Positions 43,848 through 54,503 of a stretch of DNA of 64,000 bases are shown here, piece after piece. The position numbers and the translations under genes are program-made. The stretch lies in the IMG/VR virus record IMGVR_UViG_3300046092_000062, positions 62,001 to 126,000 of that record. One strand, given 5' to 3'. Every line of letters begins with the position of its first letter. Positions within the stretch are counted from its first letter, which is position 1. The notes under the pieces were generated by a model. That model made no database searches and was not told the origin of the DNA. It saw only the letters and a list, made by a program, of their open reading frames with translations.

Positions 43848-45290
43848 ATGGCCTCAAAGATACAAATTAGACGAGACACAGCGGATAACTGGACTAACAC
43901 AAACCCAGTTTTAGCTCAAGGTGAGCCGGGATTAGAAACAGACACACGTAAGATCAAGTACGGCGACGGCAACTCCTATTGGGTTGACTTATCGTATTCG
44001 GCTGCTGGTGTTGACATCGGCAACGATGGACAAATCACTATCGGCGAAGGTGCAGGTGCCGATGGTACAGGAACAAATGCAATCGCAATCGGTACAGACG
44101 CTGGTGTAAACCAACAGTATGTAGCTATTGCTATCGGTCATGCTGCGGGTAACAATAACCAAGGCGGCCAAGCTATTGCTATCGGTCGTAGTGCAGGTAA
44201 CAATAACCAAGACATGAACGCGATTGCTATCGGTCGATATGCTGGTAATCAAGACCAACAAGAAGAAACTATTGCTATCGGTCGTTATGCTGGTAGAACA
44301 AACCAACGTTTCCACGCTATTGCCATTGGCGCACAAGCTGGCGAATCTGACCAGTACTGGGACGCTATTGCCATTGGTCGCAGTGCAGGTAACAACGGAC
44401 AAGATCATCAAACTATTGCTATCGGACAACGTGCTGGACAAGACTACCAAGCGAGTCAAGCCATTGCTATTGGTGCATACGCAGGCAATGACACCCAAGG
44501 ACAGAACTCTATTGCGATTGGTGCTTATGCAGGGCAGAACAGCCAATACAATAACAGCATTGTGATTAACGCCACTGGCAGCTTACTAGACAGCGACGAT
44601 ACTGGTACGTTTATTGTTAAGCCAGTTCGTAGCACGGCCGATATGACTGGCTTTACCCCAATGGGATACAATGCAGATACTGGCGAAATTGCTGCCAGTG
44701 CCCAGGGTACTATTTTAGCGACTAACACAGTTAGTGGCGGCGAAGGTACTATAATTGGCCGCGCAACTGCAATTAGCTGGAACCCAACTAGCGGGTCCAA
44801 CCTAACTCCTGGTACGTATGATTTTACATTGGAATTCAATGGCGGCCTGTTTTTACGTGCAGACATATCGGAGTCTGGAGACATTGCGCTTAGTATTCTT
44901 GACGGCGGATACGGGCATACTGTTACAAATAACACTGTAATTAATGGTACAACAATCGGTGGATCTAGTCCAGCAAATGATGTAACCGTTACTATCGACG
45001 CAGTAACTGATATTTCAGATTACACTGCATTAGATTTAACCAAATCTATTAACAAGTTGAACGACGGCTACTATACACTAGCAGACGGCACAGAAGGTCA
45101 AATTATGTATTTGGCATCACTTAGCAGCATTACTAACCCATCTAGTGTACGAGTAACGGTGGCCAATGGTCGCGGTAACGGCAGTTCATGGCAAGACGGT
45201 TGGCTATTTCCGTTTAACGGCAGCGGAGTATGCACACTGCTATTTACAGATGGTTCATGGCAGATCGTTAGCGGCGGAATCTGGGATTAA
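43848..45290 (+). CDS. tail fibre with Mtd-N domain and YadA-head-like 14-aa repeats
   Basis: KIQIRRDT...KIKYGDG; about 12 AIAIGxxAGxxxQ repeats. Confidence 0.8.
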   Translation: MASKIQIRRDTADNWTNTNPVLAQGEPGLETDTRKIKYGDGNSYWVDLSYSAAGVDIGNDGQITIGEGAGADGTGTNAIAIGTDAGVNQQYVAIAIGHAAGNNNQGGQAIAIGRSAGNNNQDMNAIAIGRYAGNQDQQEETIAIGRYAGRTNQRFHAIAIGAQAGESDQYWDAIAIGRSAGNNGQDHQTIAIGQRAGQDYQASQAIAIGAYAGNDTQGQNSIAIGAYAGQNSQYNNSIVINATGSLLDSDDTGTFIVKPVRSTADMTGFTPMGYNADTGEIAASAQGTILATNTVSGGEGTIIGRATAISWNPTSGSNLTPGTYDFTLEFNGGLFLRADISESGDIALSILDGGYGHTVTNNTVINGTTIGGSSPANDVTVTIDAVTDISDYTALDLTKSINKLNDGYYTLADGTEGQIMYLASLSSITNPSSVRVTVANGRGNGSSWQDGWLFPFNGSGVCTLLFTDGSWQIVSGGIWD

Positions 45291-45302
45291 AGGATAAACA
45301 AA

Positions 45303-45500
45303 ATGACACAATACAACATCACAGCAACTTCTGCTAAAAAAGAAATCACAGTTAGTAACACTGACTCTAAGTTTGCAAGTCCAGCAGAATTTGAAACACA
45401 AGAGCTTGCACAAGCTCAAGCAGACAAATACGCAAACCACCTAAACCATGACGACTATGAGGGTGCATGGGATTGGACCGGACAAGCCACAGCGGTTTAA
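45303..45500 (+). CDS. small hypothetical protein
   Basis: 65 aa, AAGGA RBS. Confidence 0.65.
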   Translation: MTQYNITATSAKKEITVSNTDSKFASPAEFETQELAQAQADKYANHLNHDDYEGAWDWTGQATAV

Positions 45501-45546
45501 CTACCAAATAATTTGAGTTTGCTTTGCATATAGTATAAAATACTAT

Positions 45547-46509
45547 ATGATTAAAGTTTTTGACTCAGCGATCGACGATACAACAGCCATTGAATTATGG
45601 AACAAGTATCGTCGATTTCGTTTTAGCTACTACTGGGCAGGTAATGTCAAGTCTTCCTTGAACCACTGGCATCACGGCATTGCCGACGGTGGCCTCAATG
45701 GAGTGGATGATGTTTCACATAAGTTTTATAATAAGCCAGGGTATGAATTGGAGTCCCGTGTATGGGACGTTATCAAGCGTGACATTATTACTGAGCCCTG
45801 CAAGCTACTACGTTGTTATGTAAATGCCTACACCTTTGGTACAGAGGGTGCAATGCACACTGACAGCAATAGAGAAGGTGAATTCACTGTCATGCTCTAT
45901 CTCAACCGAGAATGGCAAATGAACTGGGCAGGAGAAACAGTTATCCTTGACGCAGAAGGTAAAGATATCCAGCAGTCAGTGATACCGAGATTTAGGCGCA
46001 TTGTGAAATTTCCCTGCAACCAATTACATGCAGCCAGACCCGTTAGTAAGACTTGCAATGAGCTGAGGGAAGTGTTAGTATACAAGATACGTTTAGATTC
46101 TGCACCAGATATCATTGAAGCAAAATACACAGCCTTGCTTAATCAAATTGGTGCAGACAAAACGCAGCACTCTAAAGGCACACTAAAAAGCCATTTAATG
46201 GGCACGTATCAAATACTGCAAAACAAAAAGCAAAACATTGATGTATGCCTAGCAGGATTGTTCCACAGTGTATATGGCACCAGTATCTTTACATACTCGA
46301 GTACATCCGATAGAGATGCAGTAAGAGCAGTGATTGGGGAAACTGCTGAACGTCTTGTGTGGTTGTTTTGTAACCTAGATCGGCCTACATGCTGGTCAGT
46401 GCAGGGTAATGTCTTGCCCACAAAAGACGGCAGCACTATTACGGTTAGTGATGTAGAGCGAGAGCAGTTGGCGCAAATTGAAGCAGCTAACTTAGAAGAT
46501 CAACGATAA
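45547..46509 (+). CDS. 2OG-Fe(II) oxygenase fused to DUF6817/HD-like domain
   Basis: MHTD...LHAAR; C-terminal HSKGTLKSHL...AGLFHSVYGT. Confidence 0.75.
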   Translation: MIKVFDSAIDDTTAIELWNKYRRFRFSYYWAGNVKSSLNHWHHGIADGGLNGVDDVSHKFYNKPGYELESRVWDVIKRDIITEPCKLLRCYVNAYTFGTEGAMHTDSNREGEFTVMLYLNREWQMNWAGETVILDAEGKDIQQSVIPRFRRIVKFPCNQLHAARPVSKTCNELREVLVYKIRLDSAPDIIEAKYTALLNQIGADKTQHSKGTLKSHLMGTYQILQNKKQNIDVCLAGLFHSVYGTSIFTYSSTSDRDAVRAVIGETAERLVWLFCNLDRPTCWSVQGNVLPTKDGSTITVSDVEREQLAQIEAANLEDQR

Positions 46510-47567
46510 TGTTTAATACAATCCAAGACGCAGTGCGTCAAATACTTCCTGCTAAAAAGAAAACCAGTTCTAACGGGTGGATCAGTTTCAATGGCGTGTG
46601 TTGTACGCATAATGGCGAAAGCGCAGACACACGGGGCAGGGGCGGTCTTGTGATGAACGCAGATGGTGGTACAAGCTATCACTGCTTTAACTGTGGATTC
46701 AAAGCCAACTACACACCGGGTCGTCACTTAAACTATAAATTCCGTAAGCTATTAAGCTGGCTTGGTGCAAGCGAGAACGAAGTAAAGCGTTTGGTCATTG
46801 ACGCACTTCGAGTTAAAGATCTAGTCGCACCCGAGACTATTAAAGAAGAGCGAGAAGAAGTTTCGTTTAAGGCGCGAGCACTACCAGAGGATGCAGTGAG
46901 TTTTAAGGAGTGGGAGACATTCCTGCGCTTACAAGACGACGACGAGCCCGTGCATCCACAATTTGCCAGCGCATTTAACTACATTTACAATCGTAAGATT
47001 GATTACAGTAGGTACGATTTTTACACCACAGAGAACGAAGCATACAATTTGCACAAACGTGTGATTGTTCCCTTTAAGTGGAAAGGACAGATAATTGGAT
47101 ACACAGCAAGAACATGGGACAACAACGTCAAGCCCAAATACCACAACCACCATGAGCCTAATTTCGTCTTTAATATGGATGAGCAGCTGGATACTAGCAA
47201 GTTTGTTCTTGTCATGGAAGGTCCGTTTGATGCGATGTCTGTTGACGGTGTTGCTATTCTGGGCTCCGAATGTAATGAGACTCAAGCAGACATTATCGAA
47301 TCTCTTGGTCGTGAAGTTATTGTAGTTCCAGACTTTGACATTAAAGAAGTTAAGGGCAAGATGGTATGGGCTGGAGAAAAGTTAGTAGACCAGGCAATTG
47401 AATATGGCTGGTCTGTTAGTTTCCCAGTCTGGCGAGAACTGGTTAAAGACACTGCAAATGCAGTTGAATCATACGGTAAGCTATTTACTATGAAGAGTAT
47501 CTTAGAGGGCAAGCAAACGAGCAGATTAAAGATTGAGCTTATGAAGCGCCGCATATATAATAGCTAA
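46509..47567 (+). CDS. DNA primase (Zn finger + TOPRIM)
   Basis: CCTH...CFNC, RVIVPF, MEGPFDA, VPDFD. Confidence 0.88.
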   Translation: MFNTIQDAVRQILPAKKKTSSNGWISFNGVCCTHNGESADTRGRGGLVMNADGGTSYHCFNCGFKANYTPGRHLNYKFRKLLSWLGASENEVKRLVIDALRVKDLVAPETIKEEREEVSFKARALPEDAVSFKEWETFLRLQDDDEPVHPQFASAFNYIYNRKIDYSRYDFYTTENEAYNLHKRVIVPFKWKGQIIGYTARTWDNNVKPKYHNHHEPNFVFNMDEQLDTSKFVLVMEGPFDAMSVDGVAILGSECNETQADIIESLGREVIVVPDFDIKEVKGKMVWAGEKLVDQAIEYGWSVSFPVWRELVKDTANAVESYGKLFTMKSILEGKQTSRLKIELMKRRIYNS

Positions 47568-47579
47568 CAGGAAAATTAC

Positions 47580-49019
47580 ATGGCAACAAAAGAATACAGT
47601 ACCGACTTACAAAAGCTATTTTTAGAGATGATGTTACAGGATGCACAAAGTTATGTGCGTGTGGCTAACATTTACAATCCCGAAAACTTTGATCGCAGCA
47701 TTAGATCCGCAGCGGAATTTATTAAGACACACAGTAATGACTTTAAAACATTACCAGGCTACGATCAAATCAAAGCAGTTACAGGCGTAGAGCTAAAAGC
47801 AATTCCCGATGTAGGTGAAGGGCATACTGAATGGTTCTTAACTGAGTTTGAAAACTTTACCAAGCGACAAGAGCTAGAACGTGCGATCCTTAAGGCAGCG
47901 GACATGTTAGAAGCTGGCGACTTTGATCCGGTAGAGAAGCTGATCAAGGATGCAGTGCAGATCAGTTTGCAAAAAGACATGGGTACAGATTACTTTGCTG
48001 ACCCAGCAGGTCGTATTAACAAATATTACAACAGCGGCGGACAAGTAAGTACTGGATGGCCGCAACTGGATCGACTGCTATACGGCGGGTTCTCGCGTGG
48101 TGAACTAAACATCTTTGCAGGTGGATCTGGTTCTGGTAAGTCATTGGTTATGATGAACATTGCACTCAGCTGGTTGCAAGCAGGACTAAGTGGTGTGTAT
48201 GTTACGCTGGAATTGAGCGAAGAACTTACATCATTGCGTACTGATGCTATGCTAACTGGCATGGGCACAAAAGACATCCGCAAGGACATTGATACCACAA
48301 CGCTTAAAGTTAAGCTGGTTAGCAAAAAGTCTGGGCAGTATCGCATCAAGGCATTGCCAGCGCAGAGCAACGTTAACGACATTCGTGCTTACCTAAAGGA
48401 AGTGCAATTACAAACAGGCATCAAAGTTGACTTTGTGATGGTTGACTACCTTGACTTGGTTATGCCTGTGTCAGTTAAAGTTAACCCTAACGACCAGTTT
48501 ATTAAAGACAAGTATGTAGCAGAAGAGTTGCGTAACTTGGCAAAGGAACTAGGTATCTTGTTAGTTACAGCAAGTCAGTTGAACCGCAGTGCCGTTGAAG
48601 AAGTTGAATTTGATCACAGTCACATTGCTGGCGGTATCTCTAAGATTAACACTGCTGACAACGTGTTTGGTATTTTTACTAGTCGTGCTATGAAGGAACG
48701 CGGCAAGTATCAAATCCAGTGTATGAAGTCGCGTAGTTCTACTGGTGTGGGACAAAAGATTGATCTCGAATACAACATCGAAACCATGCGTATTACAGAT
48801 CCGGGCATCGATGAAAGCAGTGGCAATGGTGGTCCACCTAGACTTGCTGGCATTATGAATCAGATCAAGAACAAGCCAGCGGCGTCCGATGATGAAGGGC
48901 CGTCGTCATTTGAACGTGCAACTGGAACGCCTGCGTGGGAACAAGGTCCTAAAGTCACAGGCGAAGTGCAAAGCAATAAGCTAAAGCAGATGCTAGCCGG
49001 GCTTAAGAAGGGTGAATAA
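47580..49019 (+). CDS. dnaB: replicative DnaB/gp41-like helicase
   Basis: GGSGSGKS, LELSE, VDYLDL, ASQLNR, KSR. Confidence 0.9.
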   Translation: MATKEYSTDLQKLFLEMMLQDAQSYVRVANIYNPENFDRSIRSAAEFIKTHSNDFKTLPGYDQIKAVTGVELKAIPDVGEGHTEWFLTEFENFTKRQELERAILKAADMLEAGDFDPVEKLIKDAVQISLQKDMGTDYFADPAGRINKYYNSGGQVSTGWPQLDRLLYGGFSRGELNIFAGGSGSGKSLVMMNIALSWLQAGLSGVYVTLELSEELTSLRTDAMLTGMGTKDIRKDIDTTTLKVKLVSKKSGQYRIKALPAQSNVNDIRAYLKEVQLQTGIKVDFVMVDYLDLVMPVSVKVNPNDQFIKDKYVAEELRNLAKELGILLVTASQLNRSAVEEVEFDHSHIAGGISKINTADNVFGIFTSRAMKERGKYQIQCMKSRSSTGVGQKIDLEYNIETMRITDPGIDESSGNGGPPRLAGIMNQIKNKPAASDDEGPSSFERATGTPAWEQGPKVTGEVQSNKLKQMLAGLKKGE

Positions 49020-50021
49020 GTCGGGCAAGTAATCTGCAATGGAGATATTCTTTAGCAGATCTTGTGTTAAAATTTCGTCAGAAAATCGCCGGAAATCGAG
49101 ATCGTCTTGATCTCGATGTTCTCTAAATAATTTATTGGGATTAGATTTTTTAACATGCTCTGGTAAACAATTTAAATTAAAATATGTAGGAGATGAAACA
49201 AGATTGTGATTGTAGGACAAACCGGCATCGCGAAACCAGCCAACTGTAGCTGAGTGTTGTAGTATGTTAAGATTGCTTATAGTGTAGCTAACAGTTAATT
49301 GGATTCCGAGGTCGCGGTATTGTTGTAAATTTAACAGTAACCGATCCCACGTTAATGGATACCGTATGTACTCAAATGTCGGTCCAATTCCATCTATGCT
49401 CACACAAAAATTCAGTCTACTAAACTTGGATAATATTGCAAGTTGTTCTCTATTCAAATGAATTGACCCATTGGTTACTAGCGATACAAAGCATGAGGTA
49501 TTACCGGAATCGATTAATCTTTGTAACACATCAAAATTCTTTTTCTCATATAGAGGCTCGCCTCCTACAAAAGACAACATTTTTAGATTTTTAAAATCAA
49601 TGTTATTAATTTGACTATCATTGATTTTAATCATTTTTTCTCCGGTATTTTTGAGACTTGCCCACTTTGAACTTGAATGTTCGTTACAGGTAACGCAGGT
49701 TGAGTTGCAGAGATTAGATGTGTATAATTTAACTATCTGTTCAGAGAACACACCATTGGCACAATCATCTTTAACAAACCTTATATCTTTATTGGCATAA
49801 AAATCATATGATGTGTTTTTTATCTGCCTGTCGCTTTGGATTTGTTGATCTTCTAACACCCAACATTTACTACATTCAACAGGTCGTTGGTTCTTTAACA
49901 TTTCCTGTTGTATGGTCTTTATACTTCTATTAGACCTTGCCATTAAACAACATGGGGTATCAAATTTGTTTTTACTGTATTCTGCACCGTAAAACGGCAT
50001 TACGCAAAAGGTATCATTCAT
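48993..50021 (-). CDS. radical SAM protein with twitch/SPASM-like N-terminus
   Basis: CNSTCVTC, FVGGEPL; TAAATA on minus strand at 50026-50031. Confidence 0.85.
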   Translation of the reverse strand: MNDTFCVMPFYGAEYSKNKFDTPCCLMARSNRSIKTIQQEMLKNQRPVECSKCWVLEDQQIQSDRQIKNTSYDFYANKDIRFVKDDCANGVFSEQIVKLYTSNLCNSTCVTCNEHSSSKWASLKNTGEKMIKINDSQINNIDFKNLKMLSFVGGEPLYEKKNFDVLQRLIDSGNTSCFVSLVTNGSIHLNREQLAILSKFSRLNFCVSIDGIGPTFEYIRYPLTWDRLLLNLQQYRDLGIQLTVSYTISNLNILQHSATVGWFRDAGLSYNHNLVSSPTYFNLNCLPEHVKKSNPNKLFREHRDQDDLDFRRFSDEILTQDLLKNISIADYLPDLFTLLKPG

Positions 50022-50079
50022 ACAATATTTAACGGGAAGTAACCTAATCTAAAAATATGTTAACACTAAATATACTAAA

Positions 50080-50343
50080 TTGGAGCAAATCTTGCAAAAA
50101 CGTACTCGTAGTATCCTAGACGAACTTGCTAGTATCGGCGCACAAAAGGACAAGGAAAGCCTTATTGAAAGCCGTGCTAATAATGTGATCGCTAGTGCTA
50201 TCAATTTAGTAAACTATATCAAGGAAAATTATGATGCCGAGACATCTGCTGAACTTGAGCGTAGGCTTCTAAACAGTATCCGTTCGCAGGATCCACAAAA
50301 ATTCACACGTGGTGTACGGAGACTAAGAAACAATGAGAATTAA
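50080..50343 (+). CDS. hypothetical protein
   Basis: 87 aa, TAAATA at 50067. Confidence 0.65.
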   Translation: MEQILQKRTRSILDELASIGAQKDKESLIESRANNVIASAINLVNYIKENYDAETSAELERRLLNSIRSQDPQKFTRGVRRLRNNEN

Positions 50344-52735
50344 CAGCATCCTATCGGAAAATGTAAAAGCGAAGCAAAGATTAATTGAAGATCCAGACTA
50401 CAAGAAATTGTATAATCTTGGTCGTTTGCTTAAAGAAGCAGACCTAACACAAGATCAAGTTAAACAAGCATTTCAGCGTGTAGCTGATGGCGCAGCAGCA
50501 GGTGCAAACACAGAATTCTCTACAGACGACCAAGCAAGCAACCGTACCCTATTAGGTAAAGGCGTTGACGTTGCTGGTAAAGTATCTTCTGCATTTAAAG
50601 ACGTTGGTAACTGGATTGGTAATTCTGGACCAGTTGCCGGCCTAGATGCAATGATTGACCAAGCGCAAAAAGAAATTATGTCAGCAGCAGGCGGTGATGC
50701 AGGCAAAGTACAACAGGCGCTTGATTGGTATCGTGAATTAAGTAAAGTACCGGGCATGGCTCTTGCCATTAAAGCAATCATTGTTGGTCTTGCAGGTCTA
50801 GCAGGATCGGGTCTTGGTCCAGTTGGTATTGCAGCAGGCTTGACATTTGCTAACAAAATGTTGCAAGGTAACAAATTCTCTAGCGCAGTTGGCAGCGCAT
50901 TAGCAACGGGCGGGACTGTTGCAGCTATGCACGTGGCAAAAGACTTATTAGCTGATGCACCAGATGCAGCAACTACAGAGCCGGATGCAGCAGCCGAGCC
51001 AGAAGCAAGCCAAGATTTACAATTACCTGACGCTGATGCAGAAATGAACGCACAAGCAGACGTAGATGCAGCACAGCAATGGCTTGATGCAGATGAAGCA
51101 GGTAAAACCGCAATCGAGCAAGCTACCGGAATGCCAGCAGCACAGTTACAAGATATTGCAGTTGGCAATAGCCTACAACCAACTGGTGCCGGCAGTGTAG
51201 ACATGGGCGGAGTTGATGCAGGCGAAGTAATTCAACACACTGTAACAAAAGGTGAGACACTGAGTCAGATTGCCAAAGCCAATGGTGTATCAGTAGAAGA
51301 ATTACAAGCTGCTAACCCAGAGATCACCGATGTACACAAGATTGCAGTGGGACAAAATATCAATATCCCAGCAGAGACTGGTAGTAATGTTTATGCCAAC
51401 GGGGTTGGCGCAGGTGGACCAACTGCATCTAGCACAATGCCGCAAGCACAAGCAGACGAATTAAGTGGACGAGCATCCAACATAAGCGCAGCACAGCAAG
51501 CCGCAGAGCCAGCAGCCGCGCCAGTTGCAGAACCGTCTACAGATTTTGCACAGCAAGCCCGCAACCAAGTTGAATTAAACAAAATGGTGCAGGACAAAGT
51601 AGATACAGATTACGCAAATCAACAAGGTGCTCAAGGAAACTACGTACCAACTGGTAATGCCTATATTGACCGTTTAAACAGAGCCGCAGCAAACGGTATC
51701 CGTTTGCGTGAAAGCTATATTGATCGTGACATGACTATCCGTATGTGGGTCTTGCGCGAAGGTATGGGCAAACCACGCGGCGGAGTACAGATTACAGAAT
51801 CTGGTCGTAAAGCTATTTTCCGTGCAATCGCTAAAGCAAGTTTAAACGAAGGTGCATTGGATAAGCTAAAGTCGTTTAACCAACAAGCTGGTGCAGCAAT
51901 TGGTAAAGCAACAGCACCACTAAAGCGTATTGCCGCAGCAGGTGCAGACGCAGCAACTAACAATATCACTTACGATAAGCTAGACATGAACTGGCGCCGT
52001 GGTGCAAAGCTAGCAGGTGCCCCAACAGTAAACAGTGAAGACCTAGTTAAGTTCCTAAGAGACCAAGGGGTCAAGGATAACTTAATTAACAGCGTATTTG
52101 CTGACATGAATATCCCGCTTGACAAATCGTCACAGGCTGCAAACGCCACAAAGGGCGGATTCTTATCTAGTTTGCTAAAAGGTGCAGGCGCACAGCAAGC
52201 AGGTCAAGCAGTTGACTCTTACAATGCAGCAAGCACTGGCGGAGCAAAAGCACCACCTGCAGATGCATCTAAGACAGCAGGCGCAGCGATGAACAATCTA
52301 CGTTCGCAATATGCCGCAGCACAACAGCCAGCAGCCACACCTGCTCCGGCAGCAACAGCGCAAGCTACACCTGCTCCTACTGCAACGGCATCAAAGCCAA
52401 CACCAGTTACTGGATCAACTGGATTTGATTATGCGTCAGCAGCTAAGATGGCCGGAATTAAGCCAGCAGCTCCTAAAGCAGCACCAAACTTTGGTCAGCA
52501 AATGGGCGGATATGGTAAGACTACAACTACTGTAAACACAACTCCTACAGTAGCTAAGCCAGTAGCAGCAGCACAGCCAAAGCAACCTAAGGTTGTATCA
52601 GGTGGTGCAACTCCTGCCGAAGTAGACGCTTACAACAAGAAAGTGCAAGCCGCAGCAGCAGCACAACCAGCAATGGCTGAAAGCAAAATTGACATCGCCG
52701 AAACACTATGGCGTAAAATGAAGAGAATCAAATGA
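50333..52735 (+). CDS. large Ala-rich LysM-domain protein, probable internal head/ejection protein
   Basis: HTVTKGETLSQIAKANGVSVEELQAANPEI..IAVGQNINIP LysM; multiple LxE sites. Confidence 0.75.
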   Translation: MRINSILSENVKAKQRLIEDPDYKKLYNLGRLLKEADLTQDQVKQAFQRVADGAAAGANTEFSTDDQASNRTLLGKGVDVAGKVSSAFKDVGNWIGNSGPVAGLDAMIDQAQKEIMSAAGGDAGKVQQALDWYRELSKVPGMALAIKAIIVGLAGLAGSGLGPVGIAAGLTFANKMLQGNKFSSAVGSALATGGTVAAMHVAKDLLADAPDAATTEPDAAAEPEASQDLQLPDADAEMNAQADVDAAQQWLDADEAGKTAIEQATGMPAAQLQDIAVGNSLQPTGAGSVDMGGVDAGEVIQHTVTKGETLSQIAKANGVSVEELQAANPEITDVHKIAVGQNINIPAETGSNVYANGVGAGGPTASSTMPQAQADELSGRASNISAAQQAAEPAAAPVAEPSTDFAQQARNQVELNKMVQDKVDTDYANQQGAQGNYVPTGNAYIDRLNRAAANGIRLRESYIDRDMTIRMWVLREGMGKPRGGVQITESGRKAIFRAIAKASLNEGALDKLKSFNQQAGAAIGKATAPLKRIAAAGADAATNNITYDKLDMNWRRGAKLAGAPTVNSEDLVKFLRDQGVKDNLINSVFADMNIPLDKSSQAANATKGGFLSSLLKGAGAQQAGQAVDSYNAASTGGAKAPPADASKTAGAAMNNLRSQYAAAQQPAATPAPAATAQATPAPTATASKPTPVTGSTGFDYASAAKMAGIKPAAPKAAPNFGQQMGGYGKTTTTVNTTPTVAKPVAAAQPKQPKVVSGGATPAEVDAYNKKVQAAAAAQPAMAESKIDIAETLWRKMKRIK

Positions 52736-53490
52736 TGTATTTGTACGAAGGTGGAAACATTTTTGGGGATGGCGACATTCCTAAGGAAGCAGTGCAGGGC
52801 ATTATTGCCCACGTACAAGCAGACTTACCAACTGGGCTAAAGGCCATTGCCGACATTGGATCGGCAGGTTTTAAAGTATCAGCAGGTGACATGGACTTGT
52901 TTTTAGATGCAGAGACTGTAATGAAGAAGTTTGGTGCAGCGGATGAGAAGGCAGCTAAAGTAGCTCTAGCAGAGTTTATGATGGCCAAAGGTTACAAGGC
53001 CAAAATCTCAGGTCGCAACGTGCATATTGAAGTTCCTTACAAAACTGAAGCCGGCAACCGTGCAGCACAAGTTGACTTAATGGTTATACCAGATGCTACC
53101 CGTGTAGCAGATTGGCACCAGCATGGCCCACGCGGCAGTTACGAAGACCCTAAGTTCAAAGCAGCACAAATCTTTATTTTGTTGAACAGCATTGGTAAGC
53201 ATCTTGGGTTTAAAGTAGATGCGTTTGCTGGCAACGTATTGCGCAGAGACAATAACGAAGTGGTAGCAAACAATAGAGATGCTGCCGCAAAAGTTTTGCT
53301 TAACCCTAAGGCAAAAGCAGCAGATTTAAACAGTGTGGGCACTATTATGGCTGCACTAAAGAACGACCCAGACCGCGAAGGTAAACTAGCACAAGCTAGA
53401 CAGGACCAAGCCAAGGGATTATTAACATTACCCGAAGACGTTGCTCCTGGTACAGCAACGTGGTTTAGAAACATATCAAGCCAATTATGA
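52732..53490 (+). CDS. pol-beta superfamily nucleotidyltransferase-like protein
   Basis: IGSAG...GDMDL and distal QVDLM. Confidence 0.68.
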   Translation: MMYLYEGGNIFGDGDIPKEAVQGIIAHVQADLPTGLKAIADIGSAGFKVSAGDMDLFLDAETVMKKFGAADEKAAKVALAEFMMAKGYKAKISGRNVHIEVPYKTEAGNRAAQVDLMVIPDATRVADWHQHGPRGSYEDPKFKAAQIFILLNSIGKHLGFKVDAFAGNVLRRDNNEVVANNRDAAAKVLLNPKAKAADLNSVGTIMAALKNDPDREGKLAQARQDQAKGLLTLPEDVAPGTATWFRNISSQL

Positions 53491-54503
53491 AAATTTTTGA
53501 AATTCTAAGAGAAGGTGGTTGGGACACTACCTTAACACAAAACACAGTTCTACATCCTAGAATCGTCGCTCCTGCATTGGCAGTAGTTGACAAGTTTGTT
53601 ATGGACTTTAACCGCTGGCTAGAGCCTAAGGGATTGGGTCCTGTACGCAGAGGCCGCCCTACAGGTAGTAGCGCACATCACGAAGCAGACGCAGCAGAAC
53701 AACCAGACAAAGTCTACGGAGACATTGACTTGCAAATGATTGGCCCTGAGTTTGAAGGTGCAACATTTGCACAGTTTACAGGCAACTGGAACAAGCTAGC
53801 AGATCAGTTTGTTAAAGAAGGTCATGCTCCTTATGTGGACACAAGCGAAAGCAAACCTGGTCACCCTATTTTCCAAATTGGCGCAAACGATTACGTACAG
53901 ATTGACTTTATGTGGCATCCTGAGCGTTTAGAGCAATGGGGTGCAGCCCGTGTTACTCCTGAGCGCGGCGTTAAGGGTTTGCTAACTGGCAACATGTTTA
54001 GTGTGCTAGGCGAGCTATTGGACATCAGTATCCAACATGCAGGTGTGCAGCTAAAGGTTATTGACAATCAGCACGTTCCGTTTAGTAAACAAAAAGGCAC
54101 ACAAGTTGTTACTATTACAACTAACCCCAGCACCTACATCCTGGATCTCTTTAACTACGAAGCCCAGCAACAAGGCGTGCAACCACGCATTGACCCTTTG
54201 CTAAAACAATTTCCAGGCAACGACTTAAACGATGTTAAAATCTCTAAACTAGTTAACGGCGTTAAAGGCTTTGCCCGTAGCGCAGAAGCCAGTGGCATGA
54301 TGGGGCAAGGCGATTTTGCTAACTTTTCTAGCGCACAGGATTTTATACAGCAGTTCTGGCAACGTTACGAAGAAAAGGCCATGATCGATATCGCAGGCAA
54401 AAAGCGTGACAAGGCACAAACACCTGATGCTATTGCTAGGGCAGAACAAGACAGACAAAAGATCCAACAGGGTCTTGACATGGTTAGAGGACTATTCGCA
54501 TAA
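53487..54503 (+). CDS. pol-beta superfamily nucleotidyltransferase-like protein
   Basis: TGSS...YGDIDL and distal QIDFM. Confidence 0.65.
   Translation: MKIFEILREGGWDTTLTQNTVLHPRIVAPALAVVDKFVMDFNRWLEPKGLGPVRRGRPTGSSAHHEADAAEQPDKVYGDIDLQMIGPEFEGATFAQFTGNWNKLADQFVKEGHAPYVDTSESKPGHPIFQIGANDYVQIDFMWHPERLEQWGAARVTPERGVKGLLTGNMFSVLGELLDISIQHAGVQLKVIDNQHVPFSKQKGTQVVTITTNPSTYILDLFNYEAQQQGVQPRIDPLLKQFPGNDLNDVKISKLVNGVKGFARSAEASGMMGQGDFANFSSAQDFIQQFWQRYEEKAMIDIAGKKRDKAQTPDAIARAEQDRQKIQQGLDMVRGLFA

Noticed and set aside
43989-44546. CRISPR array or separate repeat element at the 42-nt periodic region
   Set aside because: The periodicity is the coding 14-aa YadA-like repeat; there are no identical repeats with unique spacers.
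41330-45290. Diversity-generating retroelement suggested by Mtd-like domains
   Set aside because: No reverse transcriptase and no template/variable repeat pair differing at adenines in the window; only the N-terminal anchor domain is shared.
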